In this document: positions 1 to 7,649 of the stretch, piece by piece | How the letters are laid out: each line of letters opens with the position of its first letter | Numbering within the stretch: the first letter of the stretch is position 1 | Translations under genes and position numbers: made by a program | The notes under the pieces: model-generated | What the model was told of the DNA's origin: nothing | The model's database searches: none | What the model saw: only the letters and a program-made list of their open reading frames with translations | Assembly: GCA_050287845.1 (NCBI GenBank) | Contig: JBNKCR010000050.1 | Coordinates: 1-48,232 of the forward strand | Direction of reading: 5' to 3' | DNA: 48,232 bases | Origin: Polyangia bacterium | GTDB lineage: Bacteria > Myxococcota_A > Polyangia > JAAYKL01

Positions 1-70
1 GATCGCGGAGCTCCAGCTCCGCAGATTACTTTGGTGCAACGAGGCGGAGCTGGAGCTCCGCGATCCCAGG
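1..70. repeat. REP/REPIN-like inverted-repeat doublet (left arm probably cut by window edge)
   Basis: Perfect 22-bp inverted repeat GATCGCGGAGCTCCAGCTCCGC (1-22) / GCGGAGCTGGAGCTCCGCGATC (44-65) with a 21-nt spacer. Each arm is itself an imperfect palindrome (GCGGAGC..GCTCCGC), as in REP units. Confidence 0.75.
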
Positions 71-154
71 AAAAAGAACATTGTTCGAACGCCTCATGAA
101 TGCCATGACGAGTATTCAGGGAAGATATGAAAATTAAGAACGAATCAACTCACA

Positions 155-191
155 GAGATTCTTTACACGTGTAAAGAATCTTTATGCTACG
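155..191. promoter_or_regulatory. 26-bp perfect palindrome plus TATGCT element, copy 1; putative operator/promoter of the DUF1016-N gene
   Basis: AGATTCTTTACACGTGTAAAGAATCT (156-181) is a perfect palindrome. TATGCT (183-188) lies 10 nt before the ATG at 199. A second copy is at 5486-5522. Confidence 0.55.
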
Positions 192-198
192 CTGAGGC

Positions 199-786
199 AT
201 GACCAAATCTGAGAAAACAAAGCAGAACATGAAATTGGACGAGCAAACTGAAAGCTACGAGGCACTGCTGAACGATATTGCCACGTTATATGAACAGAAA
301 GTGGGGATGGGGATGCGGCAGCGGAATGAGCAGCTGGTAGTGTCGTACTGGGAAATTGGCGATCGCATTGTGAGCGGAGAAAAGTCTGCGGGGATAACGG
401 CGCGATATGGCAAGAAGCTGATTTCACAGCTGTCTGAAGATTTGACGGCGCGATTTGGCAGCGGGTTTGGAGAGACGAATATTTTTGAGATTCGGCGGTT
501 TCGGCTGGAGTACGGTCGAACGGAATTGCATCCGCATCTGACCTGGGCCCATTACCGTGCGCTGATGAGCGTGAGAGACGCAACCCGGCGAGAAGAACTG
601 GAAGCGCGGACGATAGCGGAACGGCTTCCATTTAAAAAATTGAAAGCACTGGCGCGTCTGACCAATGGCATGTCGATTGCGGAAAACAGAAAAGATCTGC
701 TGACACCACGCAAGGGCAGACCATATTTGTACAAGGTTGTAAGCGAAACACTGAACGGCAAGAAATCGGTTTTGGAATTGCAATGA
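199..786 (+). CDS. DUF1016 (YhcG) N-terminal-domain protein, lacking the C-terminal nuclease domain (probably truncated)
   Basis: Motifs LVVSYWEIGDRIV, YGKKLISQLSEDLTARFGSGF and LTWAHYRALM are typical of DUF1016_N. The ORF stops at 195 aa where the AT-rich sequence begins. Confidence 0.8.
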   Translation: MTKSEKTKQNMKLDEQTESYEALLNDIATLYEQKVGMGMRQRNEQLVVSYWEIGDRIVSGEKSAGITARYGKKLISQLSEDLTARFGSGFGETNIFEIRRFRLEYGRTELHPHLTWAHYRALMSVRDATRREELEARTIAERLPFKKLKALARLTNGMSIAENRKDLLTPRKGRPYLYKVVSETLNGKKSVLELQ

Positions 787-1067
787 TGATATTTGGGCGT
801 ATTTCGCAAAGTAAAATGTTGGCATATATGCGAAAGAATTATCCGCATGTATGGAATTCATTGGGAAGGTCATCTTTTGTCAACAGCAATGCATCCAATA
901 CCATCAAACTGACAAAGTACTTTGGAAACAACGATTACAAACAGTTGAATGACAAATATTTAAATAAATTGGTGCTCTGGTGGAAGGTCGCATTTGCAGG
1001 AGTAGCGTGTTCGTTGTTGTTGTTTTGGTTATCCATTCTTATCCCCAAATTGATTAAGGAACTATGA
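783..1067 (+). CDS. Small hypothetical membrane protein (AT-rich; may be a gene fragment)
   Basis: 94-aa ORF overlapping the upstream stop (ATGA), with a C-terminal hydrophobic helix (VAFAGVACSLLLFWLSILI). Confidence 0.45.
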   Translation: MMIFGRISQSKMLAYMRKNYPHVWNSLGRSSFVNSNASNTIKLTKYFGNNDYKQLNDKYLNKLVLWWKVAFAGVACSLLLFWLSILIPKLIKEL

Positions 1068-1889
1068 GCGCTGATTGATTTTATCCATTTTTAATTCGAA
1101 CTGAGGTGAAATTTCCTCGTTTATTGTTCCGCCTTTGTTTCGGTCATACTGGTCATTGATGACACCTCTATAAACTCCGGATATCACGTAATTGCAGTCA
1201 TTGTCCTTCAGATTCCAAACAAGTGACAACGATTGTTCTGATTGAAGAAATGTTGGTGTATTTACGCATTTTGAATTACATCCGCAAGTTACACTTGGCC
1301 TAATGAGCTTCCATTTGTTATCCTTGAGATATTCTACTGCCAATGAGTTGAATATCACCGTATTCTCATTTTTATTTATAATTTTAAATTCCATACCTAC
1401 TGTGGTTCGACTCACCTGGATTTTTAACGGCTGTTCTTCAGTTTCAGTGTTTTCCGCAACGGTTTCGTTTGGACCAGTATGAGACGTATCTGCTGAAAAC
1501 AAATTTTTCTTGTTTCGATATATAACGCTAATCACTGAATTTGTATGCTTTGGAAGAACATTGACTTCCAGTAGAATCCATGTTCCATGCATTTTGATTG
1601 CAGAGACTTGGGCGTCAGCTTCGCTTTTGGGTCCGGACAGTGAAAATTGCAATCTGGCAGAACCTGTATCATCATTTTCTTCGAGGTTGCCTGTAACCCA
1701 AATACTTTCTTTAATTGGTTCACCAAGTAACTCAATAACGTCTTCGTTCGTCTTTATTTGCTTTAAAGATTCTGAATACGCTTCTCCTTTTAAAAAGCCT
1801 GTTACCCAATGAAATAGCGTGCCCGACGTTGCAACCAACATAATAGTGATGCCAATACCGCCCAGAATATATTTTTGTTTGTTTTTCAT
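1062..1889 (-). CDS. Coa1-like (cytochrome oxidase assembly factor 1 family) membrane-anchored protein with an extra C-terminal Cys-containing domain
   Basis: N-terminal TM helix, then YSESLKQIK..VIELLGEPIK..GSARLQFSLSGPK..W (Coa1-like). Start moved to ATG 1889, which has a GGAG RBS; the longer 5' extension runs into the IS end. Confidence 0.7.
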   Translation of the reverse strand: MKNKQKYILGGIGITIMLVATSGTLFHWVTGFLKGEAYSESLKQIKTNEDVIELLGEPIKESIWVTGNLEENDDTGSARLQFSLSGPKSEADAQVSAIKMHGTWILLEVNVLPKHTNSVISVIYRNKKNLFSADTSHTGPNETVAENTETEEQPLKIQVSRTTVGMEFKIINKNENTVIFNSLAVEYLKDNKWKLIRPSVTCGCNSKCVNTPTFLQSEQSLSLVWNLKDNDCNYVISGVYRGVINDQYDRNKGGTINEEISPQFELKMDKINQRS

Positions 1890-1906
1890 GTTTTCTCCGT
1901 TAAAGG

Positions 1907-2286
1907 TGTCACTTTTCAGGATCATGCACCCAGGTTTTTCAGAAACATGCACCCGGGGGTCGAGGCCTGATTTGTTTTTTCACGAATACTTTTTATTCGG
2001 CAAGCGTTTAATCGCGTTTTCCTCCTTTTTTTATGTTTTTGCTTGTTGATTTTGGTCCGAGTTTTGGTCTGTAGCTTTTTCCTTCCATGACAATTTGATG
2101 GGCGTTGTGCGCCAGTCTGTCGAGTGCGCTTTGTGCCAGCAGTGGGTCGTTGAAAAGCGGGACCCACTCATCGGTGGTTCTGTTGCTGGTAAAAATGGTG
2201 GAGGATCTCCTGTGGCGTTCAATGATCAGTTCATAAATGTCACATGATTTTTCGTGGTCGAGTTTGCTTAATCCAAAATCGTCAAG
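1907..2286 (-). mobile_element. IS21-family remnant: terminal end with subterminal repeats plus 3' part of istB
   Basis: TGTC at 1907 is followed by two direct repeats TTTTCAGGATCATGCACCC / TTTTCAGAAACATGCACCC (1913, 1936; 23-bp period), as expected for an IS21 end. It lies just downstream of an istB fragment. Confidence 0.75.
2008..2286 (-). pseudogene. istB: IS21 helper ATPase IstB, C-terminal fragment (5' truncated)
   Basis: LDDFG (Walker B)..DIYELIIERH..STIFTSNR..W..LFNDPLLAQSALDRL.HNAHQIVMEGKSYR. Walker A and istA are absent. The first ~16 aa of the called ORF come from the adjacent repeat. Confidence 0.88.
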
Positions 2287-2287
2287 G

Positions 2288-2396
2288 GAGCAATGGGGAC
2301 GGATCTCGACTTCTTGATTAATGACCGGATTCATCGGTCCGGCGCGGGCGGCAGCCCGCGCAGATCAGCGCGTCCGGATGTGAGCCGGAGCACGGG
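2288..2396 (+). repeat. ~110-bp dispersed repeat, copy A (GAGCAATGGGGACGGATCTCGAC... with internal hairpins)
   Basis: 2288-2364 matches 4912-4988 with one mismatch over 77 bp, and CCGGATGTGAGCCGGAGCACGGG is shared further on. Contains the hairpin GCGCGGGC-GGCA-GCCCGCGC. Confidence 0.9.
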
Positions 2397-2555
2397 CGGC
2401 AGCCGGTGTTCCGTAAATCCTCGCCCTGGGCGCATATAGGGACGTGTCTAACTTGATCCCGACGAAGAAACCCCCATGGAAAGCTGAGCAAAAAGTTACC
2501 TTCATGGGATCAGAAATGACCTGGGAATTGCTGCGGAAAAATGCGACAGTAAGGC

Positions 2556-2693
2556 ATGTACCGTCCAACCAATCGACAACGAACAATATTTGAAGTTGAG
2601 CACCGTCTTCCCGAGCGGATAGTGAAAGAGCTGAAAGGGACGTGGGCGGAAGGTTTTGCTCAAAAGGTGTTACGGACCGAATTGAGGTCGTAA
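2556..2693 (+). pseudogene. N-terminal stub of a probable DDE transposase (IS1182/DUF772-like N-terminus)
   Basis: Manual translation gives MYRPTNRQRTIFEVEHRLPERIVKELKGTWAEGFAQKVL-RTELRS*, resembling the 'L..L..SWAE.F...V' N-terminus of such transposases. It is below the ORF-track cutoff. Confidence 0.5.
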
Positions 2694-2760
2694 AGTCTCA
2701 CCAATTTCCCATCGCATGATTTTCGGTAGATTTCCACGATGACATCGTAAATAGGAAGTC

Positions 2761-2791
2761 AAAAGGGACGTTGTTAATTAACAACGTCCCC
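2761..2791 (-). terminator. 26-bp perfect palindrome followed by TTTT on the minus strand; probable intrinsic terminator of the beta-helix gene (also carries a GGGGAC motif)
   Basis: GGGACGTTGTTAATTAACAACGTCCC (2765-2790), 20 nt downstream of the stop at 2811. AAAA at 2761-2764 gives a U-tract on the minus strand. Confidence 0.55.
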
Positions 2792-2810
2792 AATTTCGCA
2801 ACTACTGGAG

Positions 2811-4661
2811 TCACTGCACTTCATAAGCTCCCATGTCCACATCGCCTCCGGATACCCGATTGCCTCCCGCGATGTCGGCCGTTGCTGTGACCTCGGTGGT
2901 ATTTCCGGCATCAATACAGGGCGATCCATCTTTCAATCTGAAATCTCCATTGACCGCATCCACAAACATCGGTTCGGACGAAATGTTTCCAGTACCCGGA
3001 TAATCGCCTTTGATATTGCAGTAACTGACATCCACCCCATCGTCGTCCGTCACAATATGCAGCACAGACTCGTCAATCGTGTCATCATTCCATAAAATGC
3101 TGTTTATTACGGTTACTTCTCCTGAACTGCTGTAAATGGATTGGCCTTCACCGAATACCATACCGTTTCCTATACTTTGATAAAACGGAATCCCCGTGTC
3201 GTTATTATAAAATGTAGTGTTGATAATTCGCATCGCCGCACCTGTATTGGAGATTCCACCACCAGCACCAAGATGGACATCTGAAGAGAAGACCGAGCTA
3301 TCGTGGTTTGACCCGGTACTGTTCAGTAAAAAGAGACAGTTTGAAATAGAAACCGTTCCGCCAGCGTTCGCCATCGCGCCACCGGAACCGGTGTGTCCAT
3401 AGGCCATGTCCCAACCGCTCCCGGCGTCACCAGCCCTATTTGATTTGAAAACGGTATTTTCAATGATTACGGTCGCGTCAAAATTCGCGATTCCCCCACC
3501 ATGACCACCGTCGCCGCCATTGGCTTCCAGGCAGGACGTATCTCCCGCACTTCCGCTTCCGGCGGCGTTGCCAACGAATTCGCAGTCCAGTATATGTGGG
3601 GCGCCACCGTTGTTGTGCATTCCTCCTCCGGAACCGCTGTCATAACCGTCTTCGCATTCACCTGTTGGTGGTGCAACGGTTCGGTTTTCTTCAAAACGAC
3701 AATGGCTTATGAGGGGCGAGGCATTCTGGTTGTACATCCCTCCGCCAGCGAACGCGACATTGCCAATAAACTGACAATCATGAATTGTCGGAGCGCTTTC
3801 GATATTCAGCATGCCACCGCCATTCTCGTCCGAAAGACCGCCAGTAATCTGAAATCCATCGACAATGGTATTGTCCCCACACTGCTCTGCGCAAACAAGC
3901 ACCCTTCCCCGTGAATTCGCATCCAGGGAGGTCCGGTAGTGAGCCGGATTCCGCTGGGCCGCCACCGTTTCGCCACCGGCGAATCCACCCAGAAGATGCA
4001 CGCCGGAACGCAGCTGCAATGCGGTGGCAGAAGGGCTGTCGTATATCAGATATTCGCCCTCCTTCACCCACACCTGGCAACTGTTCAGTGCGTCATCGGC
4101 TTCTGCAGCCGCGTACGCCGCGTCCACCGCATCCTGCACGTATCGAAAGGCGGTTTCCCATGAGGTGCCATCCCCATTTTCTGTCGTCGCGGCATCCACC
4201 CGATAACTGCACTCATCCACGCACTCCGCATCCGAACTCCCATCCGGGCACAGTATATCAATATCTGTTTCAACATCCGGCAACTCTGTCCCTGTATCCG
4301 TATCCACTTCCCATTCCGATTCGCTCTCAGAATCGTCTCCAACGTCACTGTGTGTCTCCGTTTCATTGCGCTGTTCCGTATCTGACACAATGTCGCTATC
4401 AGTTCCAATATCATTCCCGGATTCCGTATCGGTGTTGGGGTTGCCATCCGTAGCCGTATCGCTGTCTCCATCGGTATCTGTGTCGCTGTCCCCGTCGGTA
4501 TCGGTATCGCTGTCCGCGTCGCTGCTACTCTGGGTATTGTCAGCCTCCGAATCGTTTCCGTTTCCCCCGCACCCGATCACCAGGGCGCACGCAAGTGCCC
4601 ACATCCACCAGCCACAGGCCGGCCCCTGCCGACTGGTTGTTCCTGAACAGAAATCTGACAT
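2811..4661 (-). CDS. Secreted lipoprotein: acidic Asp/Thr/Ser linker + right-handed parallel beta-helix (pectin-lyase-like) + choice-of-anchor-Q-like C-terminus
   Basis: Lipobox-like ALVIGC; DSDTDTDGDSD repeats; DGTSWETAFRYVQDA; repeated GGGM.N motifs; C-terminal DFRLKDGSPCIDAG...DMGAYE. Start at ATG 4661, preceded by a GGAGGTG RBS. Confidence 0.85.
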   Translation of the reverse strand: MSDFCSGTTSRQGPACGWWMWALACALVIGCGGNGNDSEADNTQSSSDADSDTDTDGDSDTDTDGDSDTATDGNPNTDTESGNDIGTDSDIVSDTEQRNETETHSDVGDDSESESEWEVDTDTGTELPDVETDIDILCPDGSSDAECVDECSYRVDAATTENGDGTSWETAFRYVQDAVDAAYAAAEADDALNSCQVWVKEGEYLIYDSPSATALQLRSGVHLLGGFAGGETVAAQRNPAHYRTSLDANSRGRVLVCAEQCGDNTIVDGFQITGGLSDENGGGMLNIESAPTIHDCQFIGNVAFAGGGMYNQNASPLISHCRFEENRTVAPPTGECEDGYDSGSGGGMHNNGGAPHILDCEFVGNAAGSGSAGDTSCLEANGGDGGHGGGIANFDATVIIENTVFKSNRAGDAGSGWDMAYGHTGSGGAMANAGGTVSISNCLFLLNSTGSNHDSSVFSSDVHLGAGGGISNTGAAMRIINTTFYNNDTGIPFYQSIGNGMVFGEGQSIYSSSGEVTVINSILWNDDTIDESVLHIVTDDDGVDVSYCNIKGDYPGTGNISSEPMFVDAVNGDFRLKDGSPCIDAGNTTEVTATADIAGGNRVSGGDVDMGAYEVQ

Positions 4662-4865
4662 TTCATTCACCTCCCTTTTACGTAGCATGGATAATTCCCC
4701 CTTATTTTTTTGCGCCGCCATTCGTTGACATTCCTCTATAGTGCAAAAGCAAAATAAATACCATGGGCTCTGCTGAGCATAAAGTCGCATAACCAACGGT
4801 TATTATTCATTTTATCTCACGATGGCCAGTCGCAGACGTGGCACAGTCTGCGCCAGAATTGATCA

Positions 4866-5027
4866 GTAGAGCAATGGTAGAGCAATGGTAGAGCAATGGG
4901 GACGGATGTCAGAGCAATGGGGACGGATCTCGACTTCTTGATTAATGACCGAATTCATCGGTCCGGCGCGGGCGGCAGCCCGCGCAGAACAGAGAGCCCG
5001 GATGTGAGCCGGAGCACGGGTGTTCCG
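4866..5027 (+). repeat. ~110-bp dispersed repeat, copy B, preceded by a tandem stutter of its 5' end
   Basis: GTAGAGCAATG x3 (4866-4898); AGAGCAATGGGGACGGAT twice (4890, 4911); then the copy matching 2288-2396. Confidence 0.9.
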
Positions 5028-5485
5028 CCGGTGCATGGCTACGGCGCGATTGACGATGGGGACAAAGCCGGTGCCGGATACAGTGGGGCATCAACCGGCC
5101 CGCATCTTTGCTTCGCAAAGTTGCTACACCGGGCACGCATTATGCTGGGCACAATGCGTGTGGGCAGTTGACGTAATACACTGTTACGTCAAGCGGAGAA
5201 AGGGGAGGCGCAGTGGCGGAGGGCTTGCGGGGGAGAGCAGCAAGGCCAGTGACACTGCGGCCATGTCGCGGAACGCGCGTTCTGCCCTCTCATGACATTT
5301 TCTTCGAAAATATCATTGCCGGGTCCTGAAGCTTGCGCTTCAGGTATGTGCCGAACGGAGCGCACTGCCCGCAGAGGCGGGTACAGGGGCAAGGTGCGAA
5401 CAGGAGCTGCCCGAGCCGTAGGCGAGGGGAGAAAATCGAAAATGCAAGTTTTTAAGATGTAGTCGGCTGAGAACTGACAATCTTC

Positions 5486-5522
5486 GAGATTCTTTACACA
5501 TGTAAAGAATCTATATGCTACG
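5486..5522. repeat. 26-bp near-perfect palindrome plus TATGCTACG, copy 2
   Basis: GAGATTCTTTACACATGTAAAGAATCTATATGCTACG differs from 155-191 at 2 of 37 positions. Confidence 0.85.
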
Positions 5523-5583
5523 TGGTTGCAGAGGTATGAGCCAACGGCCTCTCAAACTGGGCAACCACGGGGAGTTCCCCGTG
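5521..5583. repeat. Degenerate REP-like/hairpin element directly downstream of sfsA (possible terminator)
   Basis: CGTGGTTGC (5521-5529) / GCAACCACG (5561-5569) inverted pair, plus hairpin CACGGGGA-GT-TCCCCGTG (5566-5583). Resembles GTAGGGGCAACCCCCCGTGGTTGCCC-type REPs. Confidence 0.45.
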
Positions 5584-5590
5584 CGGAAAA

Positions 5591-6304
5591 TTATGTGTCG
5601 GGCAGTTGAATGGGAATTTTTCTGTGCAATTCATGCCCGGTGAGAGAGTGGGATACTGAATAGGCGATGAGTTCCACGCCCTGATGCTGCGCGAGGACCA
5701 ATGTGTGGGCGTAGACGGGATCGATGTCCTTTGCCGGCGCCATGAAAGCGCAGTCATCCCGGTTCACCAGAAAAAACATGACGGCACGATGGCCGTTTTG
5801 AACCATCTGAATGAGTTCCTGTAAATGCTTTGTGCCCCTGGCGGTCACTGCATCGGGAAAGAGCGCGCCGTCTCCTGCGCGATAGGTCACGTTTTTCACT
5901 TCCACGTAGCAACGGTTTTCCGGTGTGGAGAGCAATAAATCCACGCGACTTCCCGACCCGTATTTCACTTCCCGTTGAAGTTGGCTGTATCCCAGCAGTT
6001 CGGGAATCTGATGTTGGGAGATGGCCGTTTCCGCGATTCGATTGGTGTAGGACGTATTCACGCCAACCCATGTGCCGTGGGACTCCACCAGCTCCAGGGT
6101 CCATTTCAGTTTGCGCTTTGGGGAAGGCTGATATGAGATGGCAACTCTGGAACCAGGGGCTCTGGTGCTGAGCATCGACCCGGTGTTGGGAACATGTGCG
6201 ATAACGGTTTCTCCGCCGCCGAGGTCAATGTCCGCCAGAAACCGTTTGTATCGCCGGATGAGGGTTCCGGTCGTGAGCGGTTGTGAATACTCAGCCACAG
6301 CCAC
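5591..6304 (-). CDS. sfsA: DNA/RNA nuclease SfsA (sugar fermentation stimulation protein)
   Basis: LIRRYKRFLAD, AHVPNTGSM, EVKYG..SRVDLLL, YVEVKNVT, FPDAVTARGTKHLQEL. Confidence 0.95.
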   Translation of the reverse strand: MAVAEYSQPLTTGTLIRRYKRFLADIDLGGGETVIAHVPNTGSMLSTRAPGSRVAISYQPSPKRKLKWTLELVESHGTWVGVNTSYTNRIAETAISQHQIPELLGYSQLQREVKYGSGSRVDLLLSTPENRCYVEVKNVTYRAGDGALFPDAVTARGTKHLQELIQMVQNGHRAVMFFLVNRDDCAFMAPAKDIDPVYAHTLVLAQHQGVELIAYSVSHSLTGHELHRKIPIQLPDT

Positions 6305-7637
6305 CTACCACTGCCGTTTTTTTCTGCATTTTTACTTTTCGTGTAAACTCTTTTGGGGCGTCGGCTTTAAACGGAACGGGTCTTGCCACTCCTGCAGCGC
6401 GATTGTTTTTCAACTCCGGATGGGCTTCCAGATAGCAGTCTGTGGGAAGCTCTTTGTACTGCGCTTCGGGGTGGGATGCATAACAGTTGCCGCCAACTGA
6501 TTTATGAAACGAGAATGCCAGTTCTTCCGGTCCCATGTCGCGACCTTTTATTGGCGAGGCAACACAGGGATCGGTGGGATACAGTGTCAGCCAGTTGTTC
6601 ATTCCGCCTTCAATGATATACACATTTTTCACACCGCTGCCGACCAATCTTTTCCACGCTGCGGTGCTGTGAATTTCGGTGTTGGAGGTTACGAAGGTAA
6701 GCGTGTTGTCCGGCACCTGCTTCAATGCTTTGACAAACTGTTTGTTTTCCAGTGATTGCAGAGAAACATTGATGGCGCCCACCAGATGGAACTTATTGAA
6801 ATCTCCCTCGCTGCGGACATCAATGACACGAACATATACATTGTTGTCTTCACGCCATTCGACCACTTCTGCCGGATGAATGTAGGGATCCCGGTTTTCG
6901 AGGGAAATTTTGGAAGCCCTGGCAATTTCTTCCCAGCGATCCATTGACGAGGGCTGACCAATCAGTGCGACAATCGCTGCAAGCCCCATCACTGCACCGG
7001 CGCCACCCATGTACAGACGGTTTCGGGGGATCAGCGATGATTGGGAGATAGTTTCATTCCGGCCAAAATACTGCTCCGCCAGTTCCGCGCCATAAAACAT
7101 CATCAGCGCCATGCCCACCAGAAGCATGACCACCACGCCCATGGGTAATCCGAATAATTCATCCAGAGTGAAGCGGCCCATATACGATGCGTGTCTGGCA
7201 TTGCCCAGCAGGGATGCTGTTTCGCTGAATACAAGGGTGCCAATCCCGACGCCGCCGGCGAATGCCAGTCCATCGAGCTTGAACGTGGCCGCCGATACCA
7301 CGGAAGTTCCGGGACAGAAGCCGCCCACGATGAATCCGACACCCATGATCAGTCCACCGACAATTCCGGGGAAAAGGTAGGTGGGGTTCACCCACACCAG
7401 GCTGATGTCGAGGAGTCCCAGCGCCGATGCGCCGGATATCAGCACCGCCGCCACGATGATTGCGGTGAACATTACTTTTAGGACCGTCATATCCTTCAGA
7501 TAGAACTGGGCGGCCAGTTTTCTTGAATCTCCAAACCCACTCATTTCCAGAACGGCGCCAAAGCCAAGACCAATTGCGCCGAATATGAGATAGTAGGGGA
7601 GCGTGTTGGCCATTGATTGCAATTCAAAAGGTGCCAT
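6291..7637 (-). CDS. YeeE/YedE (sulfur/thiosulfate transporter family) domain fused to a rhodanese-like domain, with C-terminal GGCG
   Basis: GLGFGAVLE..GF, VLKVMFTAI, GGLIMGVGF..GFCPGT; then IDVRSEGDFNKFHLVGA...NVYIIEGGMNNW (rhodanese fold); ends VVGGCG. Confidence 0.9.
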   Translation of the reverse strand: MAPFELQSMANTLPYYLIFGAIGLGFGAVLEMSGFGDSRKLAAQFYLKDMTVLKVMFTAIIVAAVLISGASALGLLDISLVWVNPTYLFPGIVGGLIMGVGFIVGGFCPGTSVVSAATFKLDGLAFAGGVGIGTLVFSETASLLGNARHASYMGRFTLDELFGLPMGVVVMLLVGMALMMFYGAELAEQYFGRNETISQSSLIPRNRLYMGGAGAVMGLAAIVALIGQPSSMDRWEEIARASKISLENRDPYIHPAEVVEWREDNNVYVRVIDVRSEGDFNKFHLVGAINVSLQSLENKQFVKALKQVPDNTLTFVTSNTEIHSTAAWKRLVGSGVKNVYIIEGGMNNWLTLYPTDPCVASPIKGRDMGPEELAFSFHKSVGGNCYASHPEAQYKELPTDCYLEAHPELKNNRAAGVARPVPFKADAPKEFTRKVKMQKKTAVVGGCG

Positions 7638-7649
7638 TGGAAAGCCTCC

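Noticed and set aside
2287..2334. N-terminus of ORF 2008..2334 as a real start
   Set aside because: These codons derive from the inserted repeat, so the ORF is a chimeric istB remnant.
4300..4530. Asp/Thr/Ser codon repeats as a separate repeat element
   Set aside because: They are the low-complexity linker of the lipoprotein CDS.
4866..4928. Possible CRISPR array
   Set aside because: Units are 11-bp tandem repeats without unique spacers, and there are no cas genes in the window.
5089..5173. Integron attC site (CATCAAC...GTTGACG)
   Set aside because: Poor fit to RYYYAAC/GTTRRRY, not positioned after a gene end, and no integrase or cassette array.
4896..5392. Short ORFs in the repeat/hairpin region (4896-5171, 5020-5295, 5189-5392)
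   Set aside because: They are translations of repeats, with no RBS or recognisable domain.
6228..6293. Selenocysteine read-through of the TGA after GGCG
   Set aside because: The downstream sequence is sfsA coding DNA in another frame, I see no convincing SECIS, and the extension would be short and featureless.
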